Assembly (NCBI GenBank): GCA_963787445.1
Contig: CAWBCT010000013.1
Coordinates: 43,096-107,095, forward strand
DNA length: 64,000 nt
Reading direction: 5' to 3'
Source: an uncultured archaeon
GTDB lineage: Archaea > Micrarchaeota > Micrarchaeia > Micrarchaeales > CABMGC01
The translations under genes and the position numbers were made by a program. This document shows, in pieces, positions 48,327-57,278 of the stretch (its first letter is position 1; each line of letters opens with the position of its first letter). The notes below the pieces were generated by a model. It was not told where the DNA came from, did not search any database, and saw only the letters and a program-made list of their open reading frames with translations.

Positions 48327-49208
48327 CTATTGCCCATCAAGGTGTTTCAGGATCTCCGGAATGAGGTCTACGACGTCAGATGCAAGTGCGTGATTGCCTT
48401 TCTTCGCATGCAGCGTGTCCCCTATCCTCGAGTGCAGGTACGCAGCTGCGACGCCGCAAAGGAAAACGTCGCCGTTGCCCGCCATGAACCCCCCGATTAT
48501 CCCCGAGAGGACGTCGCCCGTCCCCATCGTCGCAAGGGCTGCGCTCTTCGACCTTACGATCCTGACGCGAGCGCCGTCGGTGATGACCGTGTCGTGCCCT
48601 TTCAGCAAAACAGTTGCACCAAGCTTCTGTGCAAGGCGTTTTGCGGCTTTTACTCTGGAGTTGATCTCCTTGCCAACTTTATCTTTTCCGAGTTCAGCTA
48701 GCTCTCTCTCATTAGGGGTCAGCAGTATCCTCTTCGAGAGGCCGCCGTGAACGTATCTGATTGCAAAGATGGCGTCGGCATCAACGACGGTTGGCTTACG
48801 CGCCTTCACGCAGTAGCCCACCAGGCCGGCGATCGCGAGCAGGCTTCCTGGACCCCTTCCCACGCCCATCCCGACGACCACCGCGTCCGCCTTCTCAGCC
48901 TCCGCGCGCAGCACCGGAAGGTCCTTCATGGATATTATCTCCCCTGAAAGCGGCCTAACTATTATGTTTGCCGAAAGGCCCCTGACTGCGGGAGCAATAC
49001 CTTTGGGCACGCACGTTACGGCGTAACCCGCTCCCACCCTGAGCGCTGCAAGGGTGTCATAGGCCGCAACAGAAGCAAGGACCGGCGCGCCATGGAACCT
49101 GTCGTTGCCTCCGACTATCAAAACGCGTCCATTGTCGCTCTTGCTGGAGTAAGGACTCCTTTTGGGCATAGCCTGTTTGAGATCCTTTACGCCGGCAACT
49201 CCCTTCAT
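48327..49208 (-). CDS. nnrD: ADP-dependent NAD(P)H-hydrate dehydratase
   Basis: K.DNGRVLIVGG, GAP, VVDADA, LTPN..E, LLKG..T, GTGDVLSG. Confidence 0.92.
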   Translation of the reverse strand: MKGVAGVKDLKQAMPKRSPYSSKSDNGRVLIVGGNDRFHGAPVLASVAAYDTLAALRVGAGYAVTCVPKGIAPAVRGLSANIIVRPLSGEIISMKDLPVLRAEAEKADAVVVGMGVGRGPGSLLAIAGLVGYCVKARKPTVVDADAIFAIRYVHGGLSKRILLTPNERELAELGKDKVGKEINSRVKAAKRLAQKLGATVLLKGHDTVITDGARVRIVRSKSAALATMGTGDVLSGIIGGFMAGNGDVFLCGVAAAYLHSRIGDTLHAKKGNHALASDVVDLIPEILKHLDGQ

Positions 49209-49256
49209 GAGTTAATACTAAAAGGGCAACTTATATAGAATTTGGCGAACAAGGGC

Positions 49257-49817
49257 TCAGAATCCGGCGCGCTTCTTTCCTTCCTGTATAATTAGTGCTG
49301 AAGCCCCGCCGATGAGGGCTGTAGTCAACTGAAGGATGCCCATTGCTGTGAGGAAGGCCACCGGCACAAGGCCCACGCTAAAGAGAACGAAGGCTGAAAG
49401 GAAGAGGAAGCCCGCCTTTGCCCCTGCCCCTATTCCAAGCGAGAGCAACCTGTTTTGCTTCATCGCAAGAGTCAGCTTCTTCATGGAAAAGACAAGGATC
49501 AGGTTTCCGGCCCAGATGAACGGGATCATAGTCAGCAGAGCGCTTGAGGCGACCCCGAAGATCGCTCCTGCAGCGTAGGCGCCTACGGAAGGCAGAATTA
49601 TGACCGGTAGAAGTCTGTTTCCCTTAAGGTTGAACGCCGCAAGGACCAATGCGCAGTTCACCACGCTTCCGACAAGCAGCTGCGGCTGGCCAAGGACGAA
49701 CGGGATTGCGAATGAGATGGTCGCGTAGAGGAACATCTCGGCATACTCCTGCACCTGCGTTAGGGAGTACTCCTGCCTGAAGAAGGAAACCGGGATAAAG
49801 TCGTAGTCGAATTCCAT
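49257..49817 (-). CDS. ECF S-component-like multi-TM protein downstream of the hydrogenase
   Basis: About 6 TMs, QLLVGSVVNCAL, LPS, IPFIWAGN, QLTTALIGG; 4-nt gap to hydA. Confidence 0.6.
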   Translation of the reverse strand: MEFDYDFIPVSFFRQEYSLTQVQEYAEMFLYATISFAIPFVLGQPQLLVGSVVNCALVLAAFNLKGNRLLPVIILPSVGAYAAGAIFGVASSALLTMIPFIWAGNLILVFSMKKLTLAMKQNRLLSLGIGAGAKAGFLFLSAFVLFSVGLVPVAFLTAMGILQLTTALIGGASALIIQEGKKRAGF

Positions 49818-49821
49818 TTAA

Positions 49822-50931
49822 TCACTTGAGCGGAGGCTCGTGCGCCTTCCAGGACACTGCCGCAAGGTGGAGCAGCTGTTTTGCCTTCACTCCCCCTACC
49901 TCCCCTAGGAAGTCCTTGTAGAGCTGAGTCGCTGCCGGATTCTGTCCCGAGTCCGAGTAGGCGGCCTTGGCGCCGAGCGAGTAAAGCCCCTGCTTCCTCT
50001 TCTCTATTGTCTCCGGCGTTGATGGCGGCTGGCCCGCTCCCCCGATGCACCCTCCCCTGCAGTTCATTACCTCTATGAACTTGTACTGCTCGCGGAGCTC
50101 CCTCTCCTTCAGGACAGGCTCCGCATTCTGGATCCCGTCAATGACCAGTATCTTTATCTCCTTTCCATCTATCTCGAACTTTATCTCCCTGGTATTCTGG
50201 AATCCCCTAAGCATGTTTATCTGAGGCTCGGCGAGCGCCTTGCTGTGGCGGTTCGCGTGATATCTTAGAGTGGCCTCTGAAACCCCTCCGCTTACCCCGA
50301 ATAATCTGGCTGCTCCTGAAGAGGATCCCAGAAGCAGATCAAACTCGCTCTCCGGGCAGTCCCTCAGGTCTATCCCCTTTGCCTTGAGGAACTGCGCGAT
50401 CTCAACGGTGGTAAGCACCAGGTCGACCGCCGCCAGGTTCCCTCCAAGGAGCATCTCCTTCTTCTGGGCCTCCAGCTTCTTGACCAGGCAGGGCATTGCA
50501 GCCACAGAGTAGATGCTGCTCGGCTGAATCGACTGCTTTGCCGCGAAATAGGTCTTGATGAGCGTACCCATGGTCTCCATGGGGCTCTTCGTTGTGGCCA
50601 TATTCCTCTCCCTTAGCTCGGGGAAATCCCTCTCCAGGTCCATCACGAAGCCCGGACAGCAGGAGTTCATCAGCGGGAACGGCCCGCCCTCCGCCTGGCG
50701 CTGCTCCAGCTCCGCATCCTCCTCCATCACCACTATGTCTGCTGCAAAAGTAGTGTCAAAAACGTAATCAAACCCGAGTTTCCTGAAGGCGCCTATGATC
50801 TTATTGGTAAGCGGGGTCCCTGCCTCGTAGCCGAACAGCTCGCCCATCGCCACCCGGACCGAGGGTGCCATCTGGATGACCTTCACCACGCTCTTGTCTG
50901 CGAGCACCTTCTCTAGCTCCGCGGTGTCCAT
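49822..50931 (-). CDS. hydA: Minimal monomeric [FeFe]-hydrogenase (H-domain plus small-subunit motif)
   Basis: APSVR; L1 NSCCPGF; L2 MPCLVKKLE; L3 EVMNCRGGCIGGAGQP; C-terminal NP....LYKDFLG....KAKQLLH. Confidence 0.93.
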   Translation of the reverse strand: MDTAELEKVLADKSVVKVIQMAPSVRVAMGELFGYEAGTPLTNKIIGAFRKLGFDYVFDTTFAADIVVMEEDAELEQRQAEGGPFPLMNSCCPGFVMDLERDFPELRERNMATTKSPMETMGTLIKTYFAAKQSIQPSSIYSVAAMPCLVKKLEAQKKEMLLGGNLAAVDLVLTTVEIAQFLKAKGIDLRDCPESEFDLLLGSSSGAARLFGVSGGVSEATLRYHANRHSKALAEPQINMLRGFQNTREIKFEIDGKEIKILVIDGIQNAEPVLKERELREQYKFIEVMNCRGGCIGGAGQPPSTPETIEKRKQGLYSLGAKAAYSDSGQNPAATQLYKDFLGEVGGVKAKQLLHLAAVSWKAHEPPLK

Positions 50932-51020
50932 GGTCTCCTGATTCTTCTATCATGCACTAAATTAATAAGCCTGATTCAGTAGCGGTATGAAATTTGATAC
51001 TATCTGTGCTGGACACATGC

Positions 51021-51066
51021 CCATATGTCTACCTTATTGCAGATTTGTTAAAATGTAGACATATGG
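51021..51066. repeat. 12-bp perfect inverted repeat
   Basis: CCATATGTCTAC-N22-GTAGACATATGG. Confidence 0.8.
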
Positions 51067-51172
51067 CTTAGTTTTGGGCCAACGGAATTACTGGTTAATA
51101 GTTTAGTTTAAAATAAACCTGCGATGCAAAGAAAAGTAATATAACGGATAAATCCCTAATAGTATTGATAAA

Positions 51173-51406
51173 ATGGAGTTGGACATATATGGGTCCAAGG
51201 CCCAGGTATGGAAGGAGGGCAAGTACTACGGTGCTACGGTTAGGGAACTCCATGCAAATACCCAGGCCAAATCCTTGAGGGAGTTGAAGGATAACTTAAA
51301 AGAAGTAGTTACGCTGGTTTTTGAAGACGTACTTAAGCATGAGAATGAGTATAGTAAATCTGTAGTCATAAAAATAAAGAAGAACCTAATTCAGAACTTG
51401 GCGTGA
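51173..51406 (+). CDS. hicB: HicB-family antitoxin
   Basis: KEGKYYGATVREL.ANTQAKSL.EL..NLKE. Confidence 0.75.
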   Translation: MELDIYGSKAQVWKEGKYYGATVRELHANTQAKSLRELKDNLKEVVTLVFEDVLKHENEYSKSVVIKIKKNLIQNLA

Positions 51407-51410
51407 TGCC

Positions 51411-51503
51411 CTGGGCAGGCTCAGACCGATAAAAAGTTCTGAGCTTATACGCATTCTAACAAAGCAATACGGAGAGGCACTAGGCATCTGTTACAAAACC
51501 TAA
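51411..51503 (+). pseudogene. hicA: Truncated HicA toxin remnant
   Basis: (L)GRLRPIKSSELIRILTKQYG then divergence; GSH motif missing. Confidence 0.55.
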
Positions 51504-51508
51504 ACTTT

Positions 51509-52339
51509 TTACTCCGACCTGATGCTGGCGAGCTTCGGGGCCTCTGTAATGCTCAGCTGGTTTTGCATCTTGCCCAGCTGCTCGCTTATCCACCAGTCAA
51601 AGTTTTTGCGCTCAGGGTATCCCACCACCGTGGTCTCCCACTGGTTGGTCCTCCGGTCGAAATTTCTACTCATGGCATATCCCAGCGTGACCCCCTGGTG
51701 TTCGCCGTGGTTTGTGACCTTGTCGTACCTTTCCTCCAGCTCTTCTATTGCCGCGCTTATTTTAGGTATCTCCTCCTTTTTCCTGCCCGCCATCATCTCG
51801 ACCCCGGCTTCGAAGATCCTGGCGTGGCCCTCCTCGTGCTCCAGCAGCGCTTCATAGAACCTGTTAAACATGTGGGACACCTCCCGCGAGGCGTTTTCGA
51901 CCTTCGGCAGGGAGATGACTATCTTATAGCTGAGCTCTGTTACCTTGTGGCTTGTGGGATCCGAGGAGTAGAAGTAACTCCAGGTGGTCTCTCCGTTCAT
52001 CCTTCCGGGATTTGGGCTGTTTTCAAGAATGCTTTTGCGCAGCGCCTTGAGGCTCTCGCCGTTTACCTTGTAGTGCTGATAGATTATCGTCTCAGAGAGG
52101 GTCCCACCATTCACGCCGTAGGACCTGTATGCTGTCTTGTCCGTCTGGCTGTTTTCGGCCCTGACCGCAATCACCGATGTTAACGGCCTAGTGTCAAAAG
52201 ACGCCGGAGCCAGCTTCGCATTCTGCGGGGCTGAGGTACAGCCAGAGACCGCGAGCGCTGCGGCAAAGCCGACAGCCCTGAGCACGGACGTAAGGGCCGG
52301 GTCCCTTTCCTGGGCCTTTTGTGAGTGCTTTAGCGCCAT
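51509..52339 (-). CDS. DUF922-like Zn-dependent protease, membrane/lipid-anchored
   Basis: LLEHEEGHARI, YDKVTNHGEHQG, N-terminal hydrophobic ...AVSGC. Confidence 0.7.
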   Translation of the reverse strand: MALKHSQKAQERDPALTSVLRAVGFAAALAVSGCTSAPQNAKLAPASFDTRPLTSVIAVRAENSQTDKTAYRSYGVNGGTLSETIIYQHYKVNGESLKALRKSILENSPNPGRMNGETTWSYFYSSDPTSHKVTELSYKIVISLPKVENASREVSHMFNRFYEALLEHEEGHARIFEAGVEMMAGRKKEEIPKISAAIEELEERYDKVTNHGEHQGVTLGYAMSRNFDRRTNQWETTVVGYPERKNFDWWISEQLGKMQNQLSITEAPKLASIRSE

Positions 52340-52406
52340 CCTATAACCAGTACTATTCTAATTTTTATGGTATTTAAGCTCTTTGGAAGGGCCTACCTTT
52401 TCCTTC

Positions 52407-52718
52407 TCAGTGGGGGCCATGGCCGGCTGGCCTCGCCCTGCCGCCCGTCTCCCGGTATCCGAGCCTCATCTTCGCGTCCAGCCCTGCCGGCTCCAGTTTC
52501 CTCCTGAGGGCCCCGAAGGCCGGGTCGGCCATGAGCTTTTCGGCCCTTACCAGCTTCTTGAGTGCGCTGTGCCTGTGGGACACACCCAGGTACTCTATGG
52601 CGTCCATCCTCAGCTCCAGCGGCAGGTGGCGGTCGAGCACTGCCCTCCGGCACGCGGCGAAGATCGCCTTCCTTGAGTTTACGATGGGCCTCCTTACCTG
52701 CGCATCATCAGCTTCCAT
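52407..52718 (-). CDS. Orphan hypothetical protein
   Basis: 103-aa ORF with an upstream TATA box. Confidence 0.45.
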   Translation of the reverse strand: MEADDAQVRRPIVNSRKAIFAACRRAVLDRHLPLELRMDAIEYLGVSHRHSALKKLVRAEKLMADPAFGALRRKLEPAGLDAKMRLGYRETGGRARPAGHGPH

Positions 52719-52856
52719 CTTGGCACGGGCAGTATCTTTCCTCTATAGGTATTTAAGGTTTCTTTTAGCCATCCAACCTGGCCTCAGATTAAGGGCCAAT
52801 GCGAGCTGCGCAAAAAGCTATAAATATCTGGAAATGCACAAAACATTTGTGTTAAA

Positions 52857-53306
52857 ATGAGAACAAAAGCTCGAATTTCCGAAGTGAAATCACGACTGCC
52901 GGAGCCGATAAGCGCAGATAGCTTTACAACCGGCGGCGAGAAATACACAATCCTCAGATTTTCCGAAGGCGAAGGGCCTACATTCACACAGACCATAGCC
53001 ATAGCTAAAAGCAGAGGAGCGGCACTGCTGACCAAGGAGGAGATAAATTTCATAACCGCCCCAACAAATTCGCAAGATCCGGTAAATGCATTCAAAACAG
53101 CGTTGAGGCTTGGGGAATGGGGATTCATCCGCGACCAAGTTTCTGAAGAGCAGGACTCCAGAACCGAGTACCTAATCAGCACTGTTCTAGGAGGATCGCC
53201 TTATCTAGAAGTTAAATCTTTCGATAAAGGAAGGCAGGCCGCCAGAGTAGTGATCCTGAGGGAAACCGCCCCGGCAAAGGCTGCCGCAGAGGCCCAAAGG
53301 AAATAG
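52857..53306 (+). CDS. Orphan hypothetical protein
   Basis: 149 aa; extended TATA motif. Confidence 0.55.
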   Translation: MRTKARISEVKSRLPEPISADSFTTGGEKYTILRFSEGEGPTFTQTIAIAKSRGAALLTKEEINFITAPTNSQDPVNAFKTALRLGEWGFIRDQVSEEQDSRTEYLISTVLGGSPYLEVKSFDKGRQAARVVILRETAPAKAAAEAQRK

Positions 53307-53323
53307 AATTAATCCTTAGCAGC

Positions 53324-53797
53324 CTAGTTCAGCCATAGTATGCCCAGATTCAGCGCCAGGGCGATCGTAATCCATATTATATACGGAATCAGGAGCAGCA
53401 GGGCCTTCCTGGAGACCTTCGGGAGGTTGAGCATGAGCGCCAGTATGGTGAGCCAGAGCGCGCCTATGCACACGAGGCCCAGGGCGGGGGAGTGCAGGCC
53501 GAAGAAGAGGAGGCTCCAGAGCAGGTTGAGGAAGAGCTGGAAGCCGAAGAGCCAGAGTGCGCGCCTGCGGAGGTCTTTGCGGGCCTTAGCCTCCCAGATG
53601 AAGTACAGCGAGATGCCCATGAGCATGTAGAGTGTGAGCCAGACAGGCGCGAAGAGCCACGAGGGAGGAGTGAAGGAGGGCTTGTTAAGCGTTAGGTACC
53701 AGCCAGTGATGGCTGGAATGGTGAAGATGGTGCCTAGGTTGCCGATAAATTGACAGATAAATATTGAAACAATAAGTCTAAGCCAGTTGATACGCAT
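53324..53797 (-). CDS. tspO: TspO/MBR family protein
   Basis: WYLTLNKPSFTPPSWLFAPVW..LY, QL.LN..WS.LFFG, PYIIW. Confidence 0.93.
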   Translation of the reverse strand: MRINWLRLIVSIFICQFIGNLGTIFTIPAITGWYLTLNKPSFTPPSWLFAPVWLTLYMLMGISLYFIWEAKARKDLRRRALWLFGFQLFLNLLWSLLFFGLHSPALGLVCIGALWLTILALMLNLPKVSRKALLLLIPYIIWITIALALNLGILWLN

Positions 53798-53951
53798 TCA
53801 CACACACAAAATTATCAATGTCAAAGCGTTTAAATCAATCAGGTAAAACAAAACATGGAGGTACAGGGATGACGTCGTAAATACGTCTGTGAAAACGCAA
53901 TTAAGTAATATCACTTGTCTATCTTTGTATTGATATATCTATTTTTGCCAG

Positions 53952-54143
53952 CTATTTACCCACAAACTTGTCCATAACTTGAATAGCTTTTTGTGCTTCT
54001 TCTTTTATTGTTTCAACTATCTTTTTCTGTTTGCCATTCAGTTTTCCATAGTCGCCGCGCAGAAGCAGCGCGGAAAAGCCAGCTATGCTTGCCAACGGAG
54101 CCTTCACATCATGAACAGATTTCATTTCATAACCTCTAAGCAT
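53952..54143 (-). CDS. Stand-alone HisKA (DHp) domain protein
   Basis: H-box HDVKAPLASIAGFSALL, YGKLNGKQKK; no HATPase domain. Confidence 0.65.
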   Translation of the reverse strand: MLRGYEMKSVHDVKAPLASIAGFSALLLRGDYGKLNGKQKKIVETIKEEAQKAIQVMDKFVGK

Positions 54144-55651
54144 TCAAGACTTTACAAAACCCTCTAATTTCTCCAGCACTTTGACCATCCCTTCAGTATC
54201 TTGTCCGCAATACTTCTCCAGGTGCGCTCTAGTTTCCTTTATTTCTTTGGTAGAGGCTTTCTCTCCTTCGTAAGAGCCATGAGTGATGAACAGATAAGTT
54301 AGTGATGCTTGCGACCCATTCGCAATCTCAAAGCCCTCATATGTGACTCCGGTCAGCGCCGGCAGCACGTACTTCAAGGAAGCGCTGCCTTTCTGGGCCG
54401 GGTGATAGTATGCGAAGCCCCTGAACGGGACCAATAAGTCAACCATCCTGCTTACAGTTGAATCAACCCAGCTTGCATATCCTGGAAGCTCGATTGCAAG
54501 ATTCTTGAGAACCGTTTGTTCGAAAGTCTGATTATAGACAACCACGCTCCCCTTCGTGCCAAGAGCCTTCTTGAGCTGCTTGATGAACATGGGCCTTGGA
54601 TCGTCCGTGTCCTTGGCTATGAATGAGTAGTGCTTGGGGTTTTGGCCTTTCTTCTTGATAACATGCACGGAGAACTGGAAAGGTATCTGCTGGTATGGCT
54701 TCAGGCCGTCATACAATGGGATCGCGGTGTTGTACGTCTCGAAGTCTATGAAGTAAAGGGGTACTTCAAGAGCTTCATGAAGGAGCCAATCTCTTCATGG
54801 TCTATGTGGTGGATATTGTTGAGTGTACCTTCTGCTGTATCAGTTGCTTCGCATTAAGCTTGTAATCTTTAGGGATGTCCATTATCCTGAAGCACCCCGG
54901 CATTGAACAGCTCAATGGCCTTCTTCCCGCCCCAGTAAAGGTCCAGGATGTCGGATTCCGGATGCTCCTTCCAGAATCTGTCATTGATATGGATTCCGTC
55001 CGGATCATCGTGATATTCCTCGCCTCGTGTGAATTCTGGACACTTCTTGAGCCTTATGATGTCGAATATATTCTTTATCTTCGCAGGGACGTCGGGCATC
55101 AATGCGTCTATCTCTGTTGTGACTTCTGTCCTTGCAAAGAACTCGTTCGGATTTATCTTTCCGTGCCTTACATACTCCTTGTTTATGTGCACAACAAAGC
55201 ACTTCCGTATCTTCAGCCCTGCGCTCTCGTAGCAGTATCTCTGGAACGAAATATCCTCAAGATGGTACTCTTTGACGCTTGTGGAGCTCTTTACCTCAAG
55301 TATGTCCCATTTGCCACCTGCTACAGGCAGCAGTATGTCTGCCCTGGCGTAGCACTTTCCGTTCTTATGCAAGAATCCGGCTTCAAATAGGGGCTTCTTC
55401 TTATTGAGCAGCTTCCTGGATATCTTATCGTTCTCCCTCGGGACAATCTCCTTTATGTCTATGCCGTCCTTGAACAGACTCTTCGCAAGCTCCCCGACCA
55501 TGTTGCCCTCATCGAAGCGATGTTGTGTCTGCCCATCGACTTCCGGCAGCGCGTCGGGATCGTTGAATTTGAGCCAGACCGCCTTGGCGCAGCCTAGACC
55601 AGTCACGTAGTTGGACTTTGTCAGATATCTAATTGCCTTTTGGCGTTCCAT
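54144..55651 (-). CDS. PD-(D/E)XK nuclease + DUF2779 (RNase H-like) protein, split by indels
   Basis: LTKS....GLGC.K..WL, ARADIL, EVKSSTS, D..FQ; across shifts LYFIDFET, PYQQIPFQFS, YNQTFE, SLKYVLP, YCGQDT. Confidence 0.8.
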
Positions 55652-55658
55652 ACGTGTT

Positions 55659-56484
55659 TCAACTCCTCTGCCGCCACGTTCTGGCTACTGCATTTGATAT
55701 CTTTCTTATGGCGATAAGAATATCTTTATAATAGAATACATAGGCAAAAATCAGTACGAACTCCACCAGCCCACCAAGATGCACAAGATACGAATCTGCA
55801 AAGGAGCTATTGAACCACAAGAGCCCAATATTCTCTAGCAACGATATTGAGATGAAGAACAGCATTACTGGCCATATGACTGCAAAGACCGTGAAGATGC
55901 CTTTTGATGCCCCTAGGCCTTTCGGGCTTTTGACATGGTCTAAAGAGCCCACTTTACGTATAAATGCTATTACCTGCAATTCCACGAAAAGCCCGAAGCA
56001 GATCATTGTTAACAGGCTATCAACAAAGAAGAGGGAGATTCCGCTCGGCGTTATGTGCCTTAACAATGCCTCACCAAAGAGTAGGTACTGCGATCCGAGC
56101 AGCGCAAAGAGGAAAACATAAGGCAGATGGTAAGGCTTTTTATCAGTGGTGCCTTTTAGGATTATGCTGAACAGGCTGAATAGGAACAGCACCAGCAGCG
56201 CCATCACCATCTCCTCTATCGTGGTGGTTGTTGAGCTCCATGCTGTTTGCCTTGTATTATTTATCCCTTGCATTATGATTGTCCGGTTGGCATATAGCGA
56301 TACTTTTTCCGAGTATCCATTGAATATGCTTAGTAGCTGTGGTTGAATTGTGCGGCAATGCGGTTATATTGCTGTAAGGATATGCCGAGGCATAGTAGCT
56401 ACTCGTGTTGTACATCAAGAAGCACAGGACTGCAACGATGGCAACGGACGATAGATAGAAAAGGGTCAGGCGCTTTATGCGCAT
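55659..56484 (-). CDS. Multi-pass membrane protein (two track ORFs probably joined by an indel)
   Basis: N-terminal TM MRIKRLTLFYL..., S/T-rich segment, then about 5 TMs. Confidence 0.5.
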
Positions 56485-56499
56485 TTGAGTTTCGTTAAG

Positions 56500-57123
56500 C
56501 CTAGGCCCTGCCACACGATTACCTATGGGCATATCGAAATTCGCCTCGGAAAGGATCGTATGGTGCTCGCATTGATCTTGTCCGTGATCGGAATGCGTCC
56601 GTTATCTCTCATTTCCGGAAAGAGTTTCACCATAGTGTCGTTCTTCATCAGGATTACCCCGTCGCAGAACTTCCTCAAGCCTCTCAAGGCCCTGTATGGC
56701 CTTCTCCTGTCTCAGTTTCTCCAGCGAGAACGGATAACTCAAAACGGCTACGGTTACGCCTTCTGCTCCCTCGCGATCTTTGCGATCATGGGCGTGCCCC
56801 GGTGCCCGTGCCCCCCCCAAGCCCGCGCATATGAAGACCTGTTTGGCGCCCAGGAACCGTTTCTTGAGCCTGGATAATCCTGCGCACCGGCTTTCATTCC
56901 CATGCCGGATCTCCCGCCGCTCCAAGTCCACCAAGCAGCTTCCTGCCTATAAGCATCTTCTTCGAGTCCTGCATCAAGCCTCTCAAGCCTTTGTTTGTCA
57001 GTATTTATGGCCAGAAGCCTCACCAATCCGAGTTCCTCGCCCAGTAAGAACCTATTTACCGTATTGCATCCCGCGCCGCCTACCCCTACGATTACAACTC
57101 CCTGCTAGCGTTTTATCCTTCAT
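56500..57123 (-). CDS. FtsZ/tubulin-family GTPase, N-terminal domain only (frameshifted in this sequence)
   Basis: Across indels: VIVGVGGAGCNTVNR, AINTD, IG...GGLG.GG, VFICAGLGGGTGTGG.P.IAKIARE, TVAV.SYPF..E, CDGVILMKND, DAF; 3' end approximate. Confidence 0.8.
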
Positions 57124-57127
57124 CAGA

Positions 57128-57265
57128 TCACTCCATGATCGTTCTGAAGTCCTCCCGTATGCCCTCCAGGAGCTCGTCCCTCTCCTTCGCCACCGAGTCG
57201 TGGATTCTCTTGGCTTCGACCGCGATCTGCTTGTACTCCTCTGCCTGCTCTAGTCCGTTTTCCAT
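57128..57265 (-). CDS. 45-aa helical/coiled-coil protein (not in the ORF track)
   Basis: MENGLEQAEEYKQIAVEAKRIHDSVAKERDELLEGIREDFRTIME*, with a GGTGAG RBS. Confidence 0.6.
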   Translation of the reverse strand: MENGLEQAEEYKQIAVEAKRIHDSVAKERDELLEGIREDFRTIME

Positions 57266-57278
57266 AAACTCACCAATA

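Noticed and set aside
53840-53950. Possible att/dif site at the island's left edge (GACGT..ACGTC mini-hairpin)
   Set aside because: Too short, with no tRNA, integrase or matching second copy in the window
56500-57123. Programmed frameshifting or phase variation at the G8 tract of the FtsZ-like gene
   Set aside because: Many other indels occur in this and neighbouring genes; sequencing error is more parsimonious
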